DNA of 62,777 nt, the filler included, from Collodictyon triciliatum (lineage: Eukaryota): NCBI GenBank assembly GCA_043381765.1. It is 25 parts of 25 records of this genome, joined end to end, with 100 filler letters (N's around TTAATTAATTAA, not from the genome) between each part and the next. Parts side by side here need not be neighbours in the genome. Positions count along the whole stretch, not along the records: positions 1 to 2,420 come from JBHJMP010008922.1; positions 2,521 to 4,940 come from JBHJMP010008923.1; positions 5,041 to 7,460 come from JBHJMP010008924.1; positions 7,561 to 9,982 come from JBHJMP010008925.1; positions 10,083 to 12,502 come from JBHJMP010008926.1; 20 more parts are not named here. One strand, 5' to 3'. The notes beneath the pieces are model-generated. The model did not search any database. It had not been told where the DNA came from and saw nothing but the letters and a program-made list of their open reading frames with translations. Shown one piece after another: positions 1 to 10,601 of this stretch. Numbering within the stretch: position 1 is the stretch's first letter; each line of letters starts with the position of its first letter. The position numbers and the translations under genes were made by a program.

Positions 1-345
1 GAAAAAGAGAAAAGAAAAAAAAGAAAAGAAAAAAAGAAAAGAAAAAAAGAAAAGAAAAAAAGAAAAGAAAAGAAAAGAAAAAAAGAAAAAAAGAAAAGAG
101 AAAAGAAAAAAAGAAAAGAAAAAAAGAAAAGAGAAAAGAAAAAAAGAAAAGAAAAAAAGAAAAGAAAAGAAAAAAGAAAAGAAAAAAAGAAAAAAGAAAG
201 AAAAGAAAAAAGAAAAAAAGAAAAAAGAAAGAAAAGAAAAAGGAAGAAAGAAAAAAAAGAAAAGAAAAAGGAAGAAAAAAAAGAAAAGAAAAAGAAAAGA
301 AAAAGAAAAGAAAAAGAAAAGAGAAAAGAAAAAAGAAAAAGAAAT
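1..345. repeat. (GAAAA/GAAAAAAA)n purine-rich low-complexity repeat at contig end
   Basis: Seen directly in the sequence. Confidence 0.95.
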
Positions 346-533
346 AAAATGGTTGCAACAGAGATCGATCAGCCTTGCTTTCAATTTTTTATGGTTTTAT
401 TCTGTTTTCATGGAGCGTCCTTCTGGGAAAAATGCGGAGGTGTGCTTGAAAAAAACCCAGAGAATCTCTCCATCTAAAATGATTATAATTAACGAATATA
501 TATTAATATGCATTTATTTTACTACTTACCTTG

Positions 534-2420
534 TTAAGCTGCGGCTTTCTGTCTCCACCCAGCTGCCTTCTCAGTGTCCCTCTCAACACCCCATCCATTC
601 TCATAGCACTCAGCAACAATAGGAATAGCCTGTGGATATTTGTATCTTCCATATTCCATCATTTCAGCCATTTCTTTCAAAACATTGAATGCATCCTTTG
701 AGCCTTGTTGAGCAAGTTGCTTCAATTCATCAAAATCTAATGATAATTTCAAAGGAGCGATAACTTTCCAAAAATAAGCTCTCTCATTGTCCTTCTCAAC
801 ACCCCATCCATTGTCATAACACTCAGCCATCATTTGAGCCTGGAACTTGGTGAAGTTACCCTGCCCACAATAGGCAGCAAAGTCCGCATCATAGGAAGCA
901 GCACCGATTGAAAGTAGAAGGGTTTTGTTGAATCGACTCAATGCCGTGACATTTCTGATTTGGATGTTTCCACCTTGCAGCTTTCTTGGGCCGATAATCT
1001 GGACTGTCCTTGCATCTTGGATTCTGTTGGTGTCAATCAGATTCATCGCATCGCTTGTTCTATTGAATACTGCGATGACTTCGTCTGGATTTTCTTTGTT
1101 GACAAGATATTTTCCTTGGGTGTAGGTCACTTCTGCTTTTTGCAGACTGTGTGTTTGGCTTCCTGTGGCTAAATCCCAAATACGTATTGTATTATCACCA
1201 CTTCCAGAAGCCAGCCAATTTTCTCCATTCGGTCCTTGAATACTGCAAACACTATTGACATTGCTTGTATGACCATATAATGATTTGATTTGGTTTCCTG
1301 TGGTTACATCCCAAATACGTATTGTTTTATCAACACTTCCAGAGGCCAACCAATTTTCACCATTCGGTCCTTGAATAGTGCAAACACTCATGACAGTATT
1401 TGTATGACCTTCCAATTTTTTGATTTGGTTTCCTGTGACTACATCCCAAACATGTATTGTTTTATCATCACTCCCTGAAGCCAGCCACTTTTCACCATTC
1501 GGTCCTTGAATACTGCAAACACTCATGACAATATGTGTATGTCCTTCTAATTTTTTGATTTGGTTTCCTGTGGCTACATCACAAATACGTATTGTTTTAT
1601 CAACACTTCCAGAAGCCAACCAATTTTCGCCATTCGGACCTTGAATGCTGCAAACACTAATGACAGTATTTGTATGACCTTCCAATTTATTGATTTGGTT
1701 TCCTGTGGCTACATCCCAAATTCGTATTGTGTTATCCTTACTTCCAGATGCCAACCAATTTTCACCATTCAGCCCTTGAATACTGCAGACACTCTTGACT
1801 TCGCTTGTATGGCCTTCCAGTTTATTGATTTGGTTTCCTGTGGCTACATCCCAAATACGTATTGTATTATCTTCACTTCCAGAAGCCAACCAACTTTCAC
1901 CTTCCGGCCCTTGAATACTACAAACACTATTGACAGAATATGTATGACCTTTTAATGTTTTGACTTGGTTTCCTGAGGCTACATCCCAAATACGTATTGT
2001 ATTATCCCAACTTCCAGAAGCCAACCAATTTTCACCATTCGGTCCTTGAATGCTGCAAACACTACTGACAGTATCTGTATGACCTTCTAATGTTTTGATT
2101 TGATTTCCTGTGGCTATATCCCAAATACGTATTGTTTTATCCCAACTTCCAGAAGCCAGCCAATTTTCACCATTTGGTCCTTGAATACTGCAAACACTCC
2201 AGACTTCATTTGTATGTCTTTCTAGTTTATTATAAGGAATTCCGAATTTCACATTATTCATATGCGCATTATCAAAAACACAATCACCAAGCATCGAATT
2301 CGTGAAATCAACACCATCCAAGTTGGCACCAGTGAGGTTTGCACCATCAAGGATTGAATTACTGAGATTTGCATGCGGAATTTTGATGTTTGATAAATCC
2401 ATCCCACCGAATGAAACGTT
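534..2420 (-). CDS. Pentapeptide-repeat / WD40 (8 near-identical repeats) / Sel1-like protein; C-terminal part of a probable NACHT-WD40 NLR-like protein (5' truncated)
   Basis: Intronless ORF open to the contig edge (NVSFGGMDLSNIKIPHANLSNSILDGANLTGANL...VKFGIP). Eight 45-aa GH...WD repeats, then a cap motif IRNVTALSRFNKTLLLSIGA, then two AECY(D/E)NGWGVE(K/R)D Sel1-like motifs and TAA. The NACHT domain itself is not visible. Confidence 0.88.
   Translation of the reverse strand, partial: NVSFGGMDLSNIKIPHANLSNSILDGANLTGANLDGVDFTNSMLGDCVFDNAHMNNVKFGIPYNKLERHTNEVWSVCSIQGPNGENWLASGSWDKTIRIWDIATGNQIKTLEGHTDTVSSVCSIQGPNGENWLASGSWDNTIRIWDVASGNQVKTLKGHTYSVNSVCSIQGPEGESWLASGSEDNTIRIWDVATGNQINKLEGHTSEVKSVCSIQGLNGENWLASGSKDNTIRIWDVATGNQINKLEGHTNTVISVCSIQGPNGENWLASGSVDKTIRICDVATGNQIKKLEGHTHIVMSVCSIQGPNGEKWLASGSDDKTIHVWDVVTGNQIKKLEGHTNTVMSVCTIQGPNGENWLASGSVDKTIRIWDVTTGNQIKSLYGHTSNVNSVCSIQGPNGENWLASGSGDNTIRIWDLATGSQTHSLQKAEVTYTQGKYLVNKENPDEVIAVFNRTSDAMNLIDTNRIQDARTVQIIGPRKLQGGNIQIRNVTALSRFNKTLLLSIGAASYDADFAAYCGQGNFTKFQAQMMAECYDNGWGVEKDNERAYFWKVIAPLKLSLDFDELKQLAQQGSKDAFNVLKEMAEMMEYGRYKYPQAIPIVAECYENGWGVERDTEKAAGWRQKAAA
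1143..2222 (-). repeat. Tandem array of eight 135-bp WD40-coding units
   Basis: The motif ATCCCAAATACGTATTGT recurs every 135 nt (for example near 1848, 1983, 2118). Confidence 0.93.
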
Positions 2421-2520
2421 NNNNNNNNNNNNNNNNNNNNNNNNNNNNNNNNNNNNNNNNNNNNTTAATTAATTAANNNNNNNNNNNNNNNNNNNNNNNN
2501 NNNNNNNNNNNNNNNNNNNN
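2421..2520. other. Artificial contig-joining linker N44-TTAATTAATTAA-N44 (first of 24)
   Basis: The identical 100-nt linker starts at 2421, 4941, 7461, 9983, 12503, 15022, 17542, 20060, 22576, 25092, 27608, 30123, 32638, 35152, 37666, 40179, 42693, 45205, 47716, 50227, 52738, 55248, 57758 and 60268. The intervening contigs fall from about 2420 to 2410 nt. Confidence 0.99.
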
Positions 2521-2525
2521 AAGCG

Positions 2526-2840
2526 CTAGGCCGTCGCCCTGCGGGGGTACGCAAGGCCCAGGCCGCTCGACAGGTCGGATGCCAGCAGCACAACGCCCTC
2601 CGTGGCGCACTCGCGGGTGCGGTGGACTTCGCACAGCTGCTCCAACAAGCGCAGGCGAGTGGTGTGCGTCAGTGTCCCAGTGGTTTTACCCACAAGGCGC
2701 ACCACGCAGCCGGCCGGGTAGAGTGCCTTCTCCTGCAGCCCCGCTGCTCGCTCCACCGGTCGCATCCGGTAGTGCTCGTAGACCACATTCTCGTCGTCAA
2801 GTTGAGGCACCCCGCTCTTGTGCGTTTCGCTTGCGCTCAC
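2526..2840 (-). CDS. GC-rich ORF fragment of unknown function
   Basis: 104-aa ORF within a GC-rich island (2521-2880) in AT-rich flanks; no recognised motif. Confidence 0.25.
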   Translation of the reverse strand: MSASETHKSGVPQLDDENVVYEHYRMRPVERAAGLQEKALYPAGCVVRLVGKTTGTLTHTTRLRLLEQLCEVHRTRECATEGVVLLASDLSSGLGLAYPRRATA

Positions 2841-5040
2841 CGCACCTTAGCAAGGTTTCAATGCTATCGGCTTGGGCTTTGCAGTCAATAGATGAAGGAT
2901 ACATATATATATATACACGGTTGTTTGTTGACATCCTCGATCTAATCTTATCTCTTGAATTTCATTTACTTCCGAAATAAGAAATAATACTCTTTAATTG
3001 TAAATTACGCCAAAATATCGCTACGCAAATTGTTTGCAAAACACCACGTTCGCTTAAATTGTTGTCCAAATGAATCGAATAAAGGAAAAAAATGTTGATT
3101 TTTAAAATAAAGGTGTCAATTGAGAACGGAGTGATACTTATGAAAAAAAGGAATAACTAAAAAAGAAATAAAGAGTCAAATGAATGAACGGGTGACGCAT
3201 TAATTTGAAACTAAATGCTCACTTCTCCTTTGCGCACTGCAACGCAATTAAGTATTTCGCAGACTTTCCTGTCTCATTAGCGTTGCACTTTTCAGCCCTA
3301 TCTATCATTCACAAGGACGATAGAGAATTGCAAACGCGGATACAATGCGGCCTCAGGGAAGGTATACGACGGCATACTCAGTCGTTTCACGCAAAAAAGT
3401 CTATGACAGTTCAAATGCGCAAAAAAAAAAAAAGAATTGATCCGCAAAAAATTAAATCTCACATGCTCGAATGGATATTCGCAGTACTCACCTCAGAACC
3501 ATGCTGACCATACGCGAGTGTAGAGATAGCTCTCATCGTGTCAGGAGAGGATTGTGATAGTTTCACATCATCCAATTCCTTAAAAAAACAAAGCTTTGGG
3601 CGAGAAGAGGCCCGTAAAGAGGGGAAGAGCAGCAGCGAGAAGGGCAGATTGGTTGAAGTAATGAGGCATGTTGCAAAAGTAGGGGATGATGGGAAAAAAA
3701 AGGCGAGACGGGAATAGAAGGCCGTGGGGAGCGAAGGCATTTCGCAGTGGTTACTATTTGGCTATCTGCTGTATATATGGGGGTAGTTCTGCGCTAGTGT
3801 ATGTTATTCTGAAATAAAGTTTTACAAAAATATGCTTAAAAAAGGGTATGTCATATAACAGGTGTTGTAGCAAGCCCAAGCAACCGAGCTTCACTTTCCC
3901 AGAAGGCTCACTCGTCGTGAGATAAAATAGAGCTAGGTGCAGCTCACTAGCCTATAACTGTGTATCAGTGGAACATACATTACCCGCGCTTTCTTGATTA
4001 TGTGCCGAGCTCCCTGAATAACATAATATCCTTGCAATGCTCCCGGAGTGAGAGAAGAAGCTCGGGTTTACTGCGTGGATATTTGTGCCACACCTTCCTT
4101 CTGTTGAAAGATAATTTTCAATTGTGTAGGAATTTCAAATGGCACATTGGGGTACGTTCAGGAAAATGCATCTCAATTAATACGTGGCCATGCGAAGTCT
4201 GTCTTGATCATGAAGTACACAATAATTGTGATGACTCTCGAAACACCCCACATACCCAAGCCATCCAAGCGGTGAGTGAGTAAATGGCGTCTGTAGTCAT
4301 GCTGTTACTTTCTCACAAGGGGTCGCCTGCGTTCCTGGCCAAAAAAATAGGCGTTCTGTCCGGGCGTAGCAACAGGGCAAAATCCTAGAGGAGGAATATA
4401 TTTACTTGCTTTGAAAAAGAGGTACCCCTTAGGGTTCTGTTGTTACTCTGCATTTGCCGTTTACGCTGACTCGCGAACAAATATCTTAAAAGAGCGTGAA
4501 TAGCTAGTAATGTGGCCTAGTCCACCTTTATATGAATTTATGAGATTATTACCCATGGGCCAATAGGAGCGCTTTGAGTGAATATCTGTGTGCCATAGCG
4601 GAAGTCGCTGCAGGTCATTGTTTTTCCGCAACGCCACCTCGGTATCTGTGAGCAATTTATGCCTTTTAGGTTATCAGCTCAAGTTTATACATATTGCGCC
4701 GCTCTCATGTAACAAGTATGTTTACTGTAGAGATATTGATTAAAAAAGTGAAGGAATAGCACATGCGATGCGTAGGAATAGGTTCTGAATGCCTGACCAT
4801 TAAAACCATCAGGTGGCTTTGTATCTCTCTCGTCCTGGACTCACTGGCAAAGGCGCAGGTAGCAAAGGAGCTAAGTGTATAATGAATTAGTGGGCGAAGA
4901 GAAAGTGGAGTCATGCTAGTGCGGATGTTGGATATGTGCGNNNNNNNNNNNNNNNNNNNNNNNNNNNNNNNNNNNNNNNNNNNNTTAATTAATTAANNNN
5001 NNNNNNNNNNNNNNNNNNNNNNNNNNNNNNNNNNNNNNNN

Positions 5041-5222
5041 AGATTGGGATTGGGATTGGGATTGGGATTGGGATTGGGATTGGGATTGGGATTGGGATTG
5101 GGATTGGGATTGGGATTGGGATTGGGATTGAGATTGGGATTGAGATTGGGATTGAGATTGAGATTGAGATTGAGATTGAGACTGAGACTGAGACTGAGAT
5201 TGGGATTGGAATTGGAATTGGG
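5041..5222. repeat. (ATTGGG)n grading into (ATTGAG/ACTGAG)n hexamer microsatellite
   Basis: Seen directly; reads as QS or PN dipeptides on the minus strand. Confidence 0.95.
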
Positions 5223-7290
5223 ATATGATGAGTGACATTGTATTGTCATCTGACAATTTATCTGTTGGGTTGAATATATCTGATTTATATGTTGAATTGA
5301 TTTCATATGTATTATCTGTTTGTTTGAAAACTTGTGTTTTTTCTGTTGGTTCGAATATATATGATTCATCAGTTGGTTTGAATATATTTGTTTGATCTGT
5401 TGGTTCAAAAATATATGTTTTCTCTGTTGGCTCGAATTCATTTGTTTTATCCGTTGGTTCGAAATCTTGTGTTCCATCTGTTGGATCGAATTCATAGGTT
5501 TTATATGCAGTTTCATCGGTTGATGTTTTTTGGGTAGGTTCGTAAATATGTGTCTTTTGCGCTATGTCGTTCTTGTAAGTATTTATTTGTAGTTCTTTTT
5601 TATTCATATTATGTGTCTGTTTTTGTATATTTGTATCGTTTATTAGTTTTATAAAGAACCGTATTTTTTGTTCTGTCTTACATGAATTTATCATTTCATC
5701 AACTTGAATTACTTCCATATCTCTTTTATTTTCTGGGTACTTGATATCTGAAATGGTTCGATGTGAAGACTTTTTAGTAATGATAGGTACTATTTGCCTT
5801 GTTCTGTAAGTTATATCATTATCAACATGTGTCGTACACCCCTTTGAATCGAATAAAGGAAAAAAAACATTTGTCGTACACCTGGCATGTTTCGTTGTGG
5901 TTTTTGAATTGGATGAGTATTTATCCTTTTTTAATTCTGGAATACCAATATACTCGTTGTCTACTTTAGCTGGTTTATTGTTTTCGTTTCTTTTGTGTTC
6001 ATTACACTTCGATATATATTTTGTTTTTATTCCTTGTAATTTTCTTGTTGCTTTCGTTATTTTTTTGTAAATATACTCTTTTATTGATATATAAAGACGA
6101 GTAATGCGTATTTTGTAAGATATTTGATATTTTGTCACTATAAAAATGAGCTGATGCTGTTCTATGTTGATTGAAATCTTTAATAAATTTGTCTTGTTTT
6201 GAGCATTTTGGTTGAAAAGTCCATTTAAATTCTCTTATTAGGGAAATCATGGCTCGTCTAGGGATTTCAATTGGCTCTCTAATTTCGTTCTTATGTTCAA
6301 CAATCGGTAAGTCTTTTGCTTCACGTTGCAAAGGTCGGGGATGGGTTTCATTTTGTTGACTATTCTTGTATATATTTAGCTTTTCGAGACTATTTTTTAT
6401 TTAATAATCGATCCAGACGGTATATTTCGGATGTGATTCTGTTTTGGATACACAATTGGTCAATAGATTTTTTTGTAGAAACCTATGTTATGGTAACGGA
6501 AATGAACCATATTCCTCGAATTTTTCATCGTTTGCAATACGACTAGAATATGTCCAAAAATTGAAAAGGTTTTGCTCTTTTTTTTTGAATACTTGATGCA
6601 GCATTTTGATTCATCCTGTGTTGATTTACAATAGAGTATACAGGGCCATTTGAGTGTCTCACTGGAACATATCTAAATGTTTTGAGAGGACGCTGAGATT
6701 CTGGTTTTCCAAGGCTGGCTGGCTGAGTCCTAAATCTAACATCCTTCCGTGAAATAATCAATCCGTTCTTTGTATCTATTAGCTTAGAATGGATATTAAT
6801 GCCATCATCAGGAGGTGTTGAAAATGAAAATACTATAAAGTGTGAATTTCCCAGATAATGTGAAAGAGTATTTCTATCATTCGTCATTGACACTAGCCTT
6901 TGTTCCATGTGCCACAGATTGATGGCTTTGATGTGTTTATAGAAATAAATGATATCACTTGTGTATCCATATTGACTGCTTTTACTATGAATCACTAAAT
7001 ATTTACTATGGTTTTCTATTTTGAATGCAAACATGCTCTCATTCGAAGAATCCATGGGTATGAACATCTGTCGTATCTTGCAAGTCCAAAAATTTTGATT
7101 GCATAAATAGCTCAAGACCCTGTTCTCAGAGTGATTTCCATTCTTATTTCGCTTTTGTAAAGCAAAAAGATTTCTTCTTATGCACTTGATTATGTGCGAG
7201 TTCCCTCTGAGTGATTTTAAGTCGAAATATGCATATGTCCTTATTCCATCTACCAATGGTATTTGGATTATTTGTACGCCTTCATCCCCT
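5041..7290 (-). pseudogene. Long intronless AT-rich coding-like region broken into successive ORFs; contains 27-bp FEPTD(K/Q)T repeats
   Basis: Same-strand ORFs 6543-7460, 6002-6331 and 5041-6138, the last two overlapping in different frames. 9-aa repeats YEFDPTDGT/QDFEPTDKT/NEFEPTEKT/YIFEPTDQT. No homology recognised. Confidence 0.4.
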
Positions 7291-7460
7291 TTGGTTTTGC
7301 ACAAAAACCACACGTTTCCCTTTGGTTTTGCACAAAAACCACACGTTTCCCTTTGGTTTTGCACAAAAACCACGTTTCCCTTTGGTTTTGCACAAAAACC
7401 ACGTTTCCCTTTGGTTTTGCACAAAAACCACGTTTCCCTTTGGTTTTGCACAAAAACCAC
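7287..7460. repeat. 29/31-bp palindromic minisatellite CCCTTTGGTTTTGCACAAAAACCAC(AC)GTTT
   Basis: Two 31-bp units, three 29-bp units and a partial unit cut by the contig end; internal stem TGGTTTT-GCACA-AAAACCA. Confidence 0.95.
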
Positions 7461-8054
7461 NNNNNNNNNNNNNNNNNNNNNNNNNNNNNNNNNNNNNNNN
7501 NNNNTTAATTAATTAANNNNNNNNNNNNNNNNNNNNNNNNNNNNNNNNNNNNNNNNNNNNGAAAAAAGAAAAAAGAAAAAAGAAAAAAGAAAAAAGAAAA
7601 AAGAAAAAAGAAAAAAGAAAAAAAGAAAAAAAGAAAAAAAGGAAAAAGAAAAAAGGAAAAAAGAAAAAAGGAAAAAAGAAAAAAAAGAAAAAAAAGAAAA
7701 AAAAGAAAAAAAGAAAAAAAAGAAAAAAAAGAAAAAAAGAAAAAAGAAAAGAAAAAAGAAAAGAAAAAACCCCAATTATGCAAACCAACTATCCGCGAAA
7801 GCTATTCAATATTGCCAGCAGCTCCACTATCCTGCACAAAATTGAAAGGAAGAAGGATAAAAAAAAATAGCTTTTCAACATTTCCTTTTCTTTTTCTTTT
7901 TGGTGTTTTCCCAGTTATATTTGTTGATCTTGACCCACGACCCTGGTCGCCTGTGATCTAGAAACAAATTCACATTCTCCGCTAGCAAACTAACGTGTTA
8001 TTTCTCTAACTTGAAGAGTTAACGAACGGCATAATCCAAGCGCGAAAGTACAAC

Positions 8055-9869
8055 ATGGGCGAAGCAACTATTATCTGGTATGTAACTACCCAGCCCACCA
8101 CCCGCCTTTATTCCCTCTTTTTGTAAACCTGCGAAAGTAAATACCTTTGGATCTTGTTTCTCACGATGTACTTATTACTTGCCTCCCCTTTTTCTGTTTT
8201 TTTTCTTTTCTGTTTTTTTTTTTTGTCGGGACTCATTCATTCTCTATTTTATTTCACCATTTCATGCAATTCCCCTTCCCATATCCCATCATCTTTATTT
8301 CTCATTACTATGACAGATTTTTACTGACGTTACTCTAGTATGGATACCAGCGATTGGACCAGAAACTGCGACTTTGCACCCTCCCGAATGGACGCCCAAC
8401 AAGATGCTGCGTCCAGGATATGTGATGCGAAGTTGCAGTCAAGCCCTGAAAGTGTTGTTGGGCTAATGAGTATGACAGCCACTGGGTAAGAATGAGATGC
8501 TATTAGGAGCAATATATTTGTTCCAAAATAGCCCCTTTGTTTTTGATTTCTCTTTTTTATTTCTTTCGAGCACATATGTGCTTTTTGTGCGTTGAATCTC
8601 ACACGCTTAATCTAGTTATAAAGATGTATGAAAAAAGGAGCAAAAGTAGGCCCTTTACTGAGGTCACCAAATCTCTCCTTGGTCATTAGTGTCAAGGTTC
8701 TCGTCACTCTAACGACCGAGCAGACGAAATTAATGTCGTCTGTCTACACCCTAAAGCCTAAAGGAGAGTCAGATTTCGTCACTAGCCTTCAAATTGCCCA
8801 GGTTAAATAGTGTCACATAATACTGTAAAGGAGTTTTCGTATCTCTTCTGCTTACTTATTCCAAAATGAGAATGATTATTTGCCTTTCCTGCGCAAGTTC
8901 CCTAAATGCAGATAAATCTGGATAGTTGGCCTTGAAACATCGCCAAAACGAAAGGCTTCGCACGAGAATTATCGCCTTTGTTGCGAGTCCTATTACAGCC
9001 TCCCCGGAAGTCCTTGTAAAGACATACCATTGAGCTATTCGAATCACAAAATATATTTGGTGCGATTGTCACGCCGTTCTTATGTTATCCAATCCTAATT
9101 CAGGAAAAACTCGGAAATGACCTCAAGAAGAACGGAGTGGCGTTAGATATAGTAAATTTCGGTATATTTACAATTCGAATTTTTATAATCCTCGATGCAG
9201 TACGCTTCACTTTACATCCTAGATACTATCCATGTTAGGTCATAACTTTCCTTAATGTACATGCCATCGCCAATTACCATCTTTTAATGTTTAACCAGGA
9301 GTTTTTCCCACCAAATTTAGGCGAGGAGGGTGAAAATACAAGTAAGCTTGAAACACTTATCAACAAGGTCAACAACAACGGAAACAGGTTCGCCCTCAAA
9401 AACTTCAAAAGAATGCTGTGATTACTTACCTTCGCATGAGATTTCTAGTGGCATAAATTATTCAATCTTCCACAATATTTTGGTCTTAACACATATACCC
9501 ATATCACCAACAGAAACGAACAGTAGATAAATGATAAATAACCAGTTTAACTATTTACAATCATTTTCAGCAACTTGGTTACAGTCCCTGCTGGACCTCA
9601 TATCCTAGCTGATATGTTAATGACTTCACCTATATTCGTATTATTAAATTATTTCTCATGTATATTTGCGTGTCCTCGGATACACACCTTTATTAACCCT
9701 TGGAGAAACACATACACCATATAATTATTTGCTAGATCCAATTCTATTCCCATCCCGAGCTAATCAATTATCTCTAACATATCAACTCAAGGGAGAAGCT
9801 GGAAATGCTGGCGGATTTGGTGGAATTGGAGGAGGTTTTGACCAGGCAGAAGACCCGGAGCTTGCAGCG
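8055..9869 (+). CDS. PSMD4: 26S proteasome regulatory subunit Rpn10/S5a (vWA domain, start of UIM; 8 exons visible, 3' truncated)
   Basis: Spliced: MGEATIIC-MDTSDWTRNCDFAPSRMDAQQDAA...PESVVGLM-VKVLVTLT...LQIAQ-LALKHRQN...RIIAFVASP-KLGNDLKKNGVALDIVNFG-...NLVTVPAGPHILADMLMTSPIF-...EDPELAA; all introns GT-AG. Confidence 0.95.
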
Positions 9870-9873
9870 GTGT

Positions 9874-9982
9874 GATATCATATCATATCATATCATATCA
9901 TATCATATCATATCATATCATATCATATCATATCATATCATATCATATCATATCATATCATATCATATCATATCATATCATA
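9874..9982. repeat. (ATATC)n microsatellite just inside an intron donor
   Basis: Seen directly. Confidence 0.95.
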
Positions 9983-10601
9983 NNNNNNNNNNNNNNNNNN
10001 NNNNNNNNNNNNNNNNNNNNNNNNNNTTAATTAATTAANNNNNNNNNNNNNNNNNNNNNNNNNNNNNNNNNNNNNNNNNNNNGCTTCGCTATTTGTGCGA
10101 ATTGGTTCATCCGGATGAGTTTTGTGTTTGTTTGTTTGTTTGTTTGTTTGTTTGTTTGTTTGTTTGTTTGTTTGTTTGTTTGTTTGTTTGTTTGTTTGTT
10201 TGTTTGTTTGTTTGTTTGTTTGCCATCCCCGAGATATTAGGTACGATTTCATGGTTGACTCTACACCAATTTTGATGCTCTCACCATCTCGTGAACTAAC
10301 AGCGAACAAATTAAACACAAATGTGATTCTACAGCTTTTGGCACCGGGCGAACTTTCTCGAGGGCTCAAAAAGTCTATAATCGAGTATATGCATTGCTTC
10401 TGCCTCCATGTGGTTGGGTACAATTACGATAGATTCAGTAACAAATTTAAAAATAAAGGCACAAATGAACAAGGAAAGTTTATAAGCAGGTCGATACCAA
10501 ACACAACTGAAGGAATCTTAGAACGAGTTGTGAGCACAGAGAATAAACCAAAATAGACGCAACTATTGTCATCATCTCCTTTATTTGACGTTCTTAGAAC
10601 T

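Noticed and set aside
925-1955. Plus-strand repeated ORFs (MVSCGYIPNTYC...) opposite the WD40 gene
   Set aside because: They are antisense shadows of the 135-bp repeat; the same applies to the shadows over 53001-54474 and the NHL genes.
5041-5130. Telomeric repeat
   Set aside because: The unit is ATTGGG, not a rotation of TTAGGG or TTGGGG. The G-rich strand points inward from the contig's left end, and it grades into ATTGAG/ACTGAG like an ordinary microsatellite.
7287-7460. CRISPR array (29-31-bp palindromic repeats)
   Set aside because: The units are head-to-tail with no unique spacers, no cas genes are present, and the context is eukaryotic.
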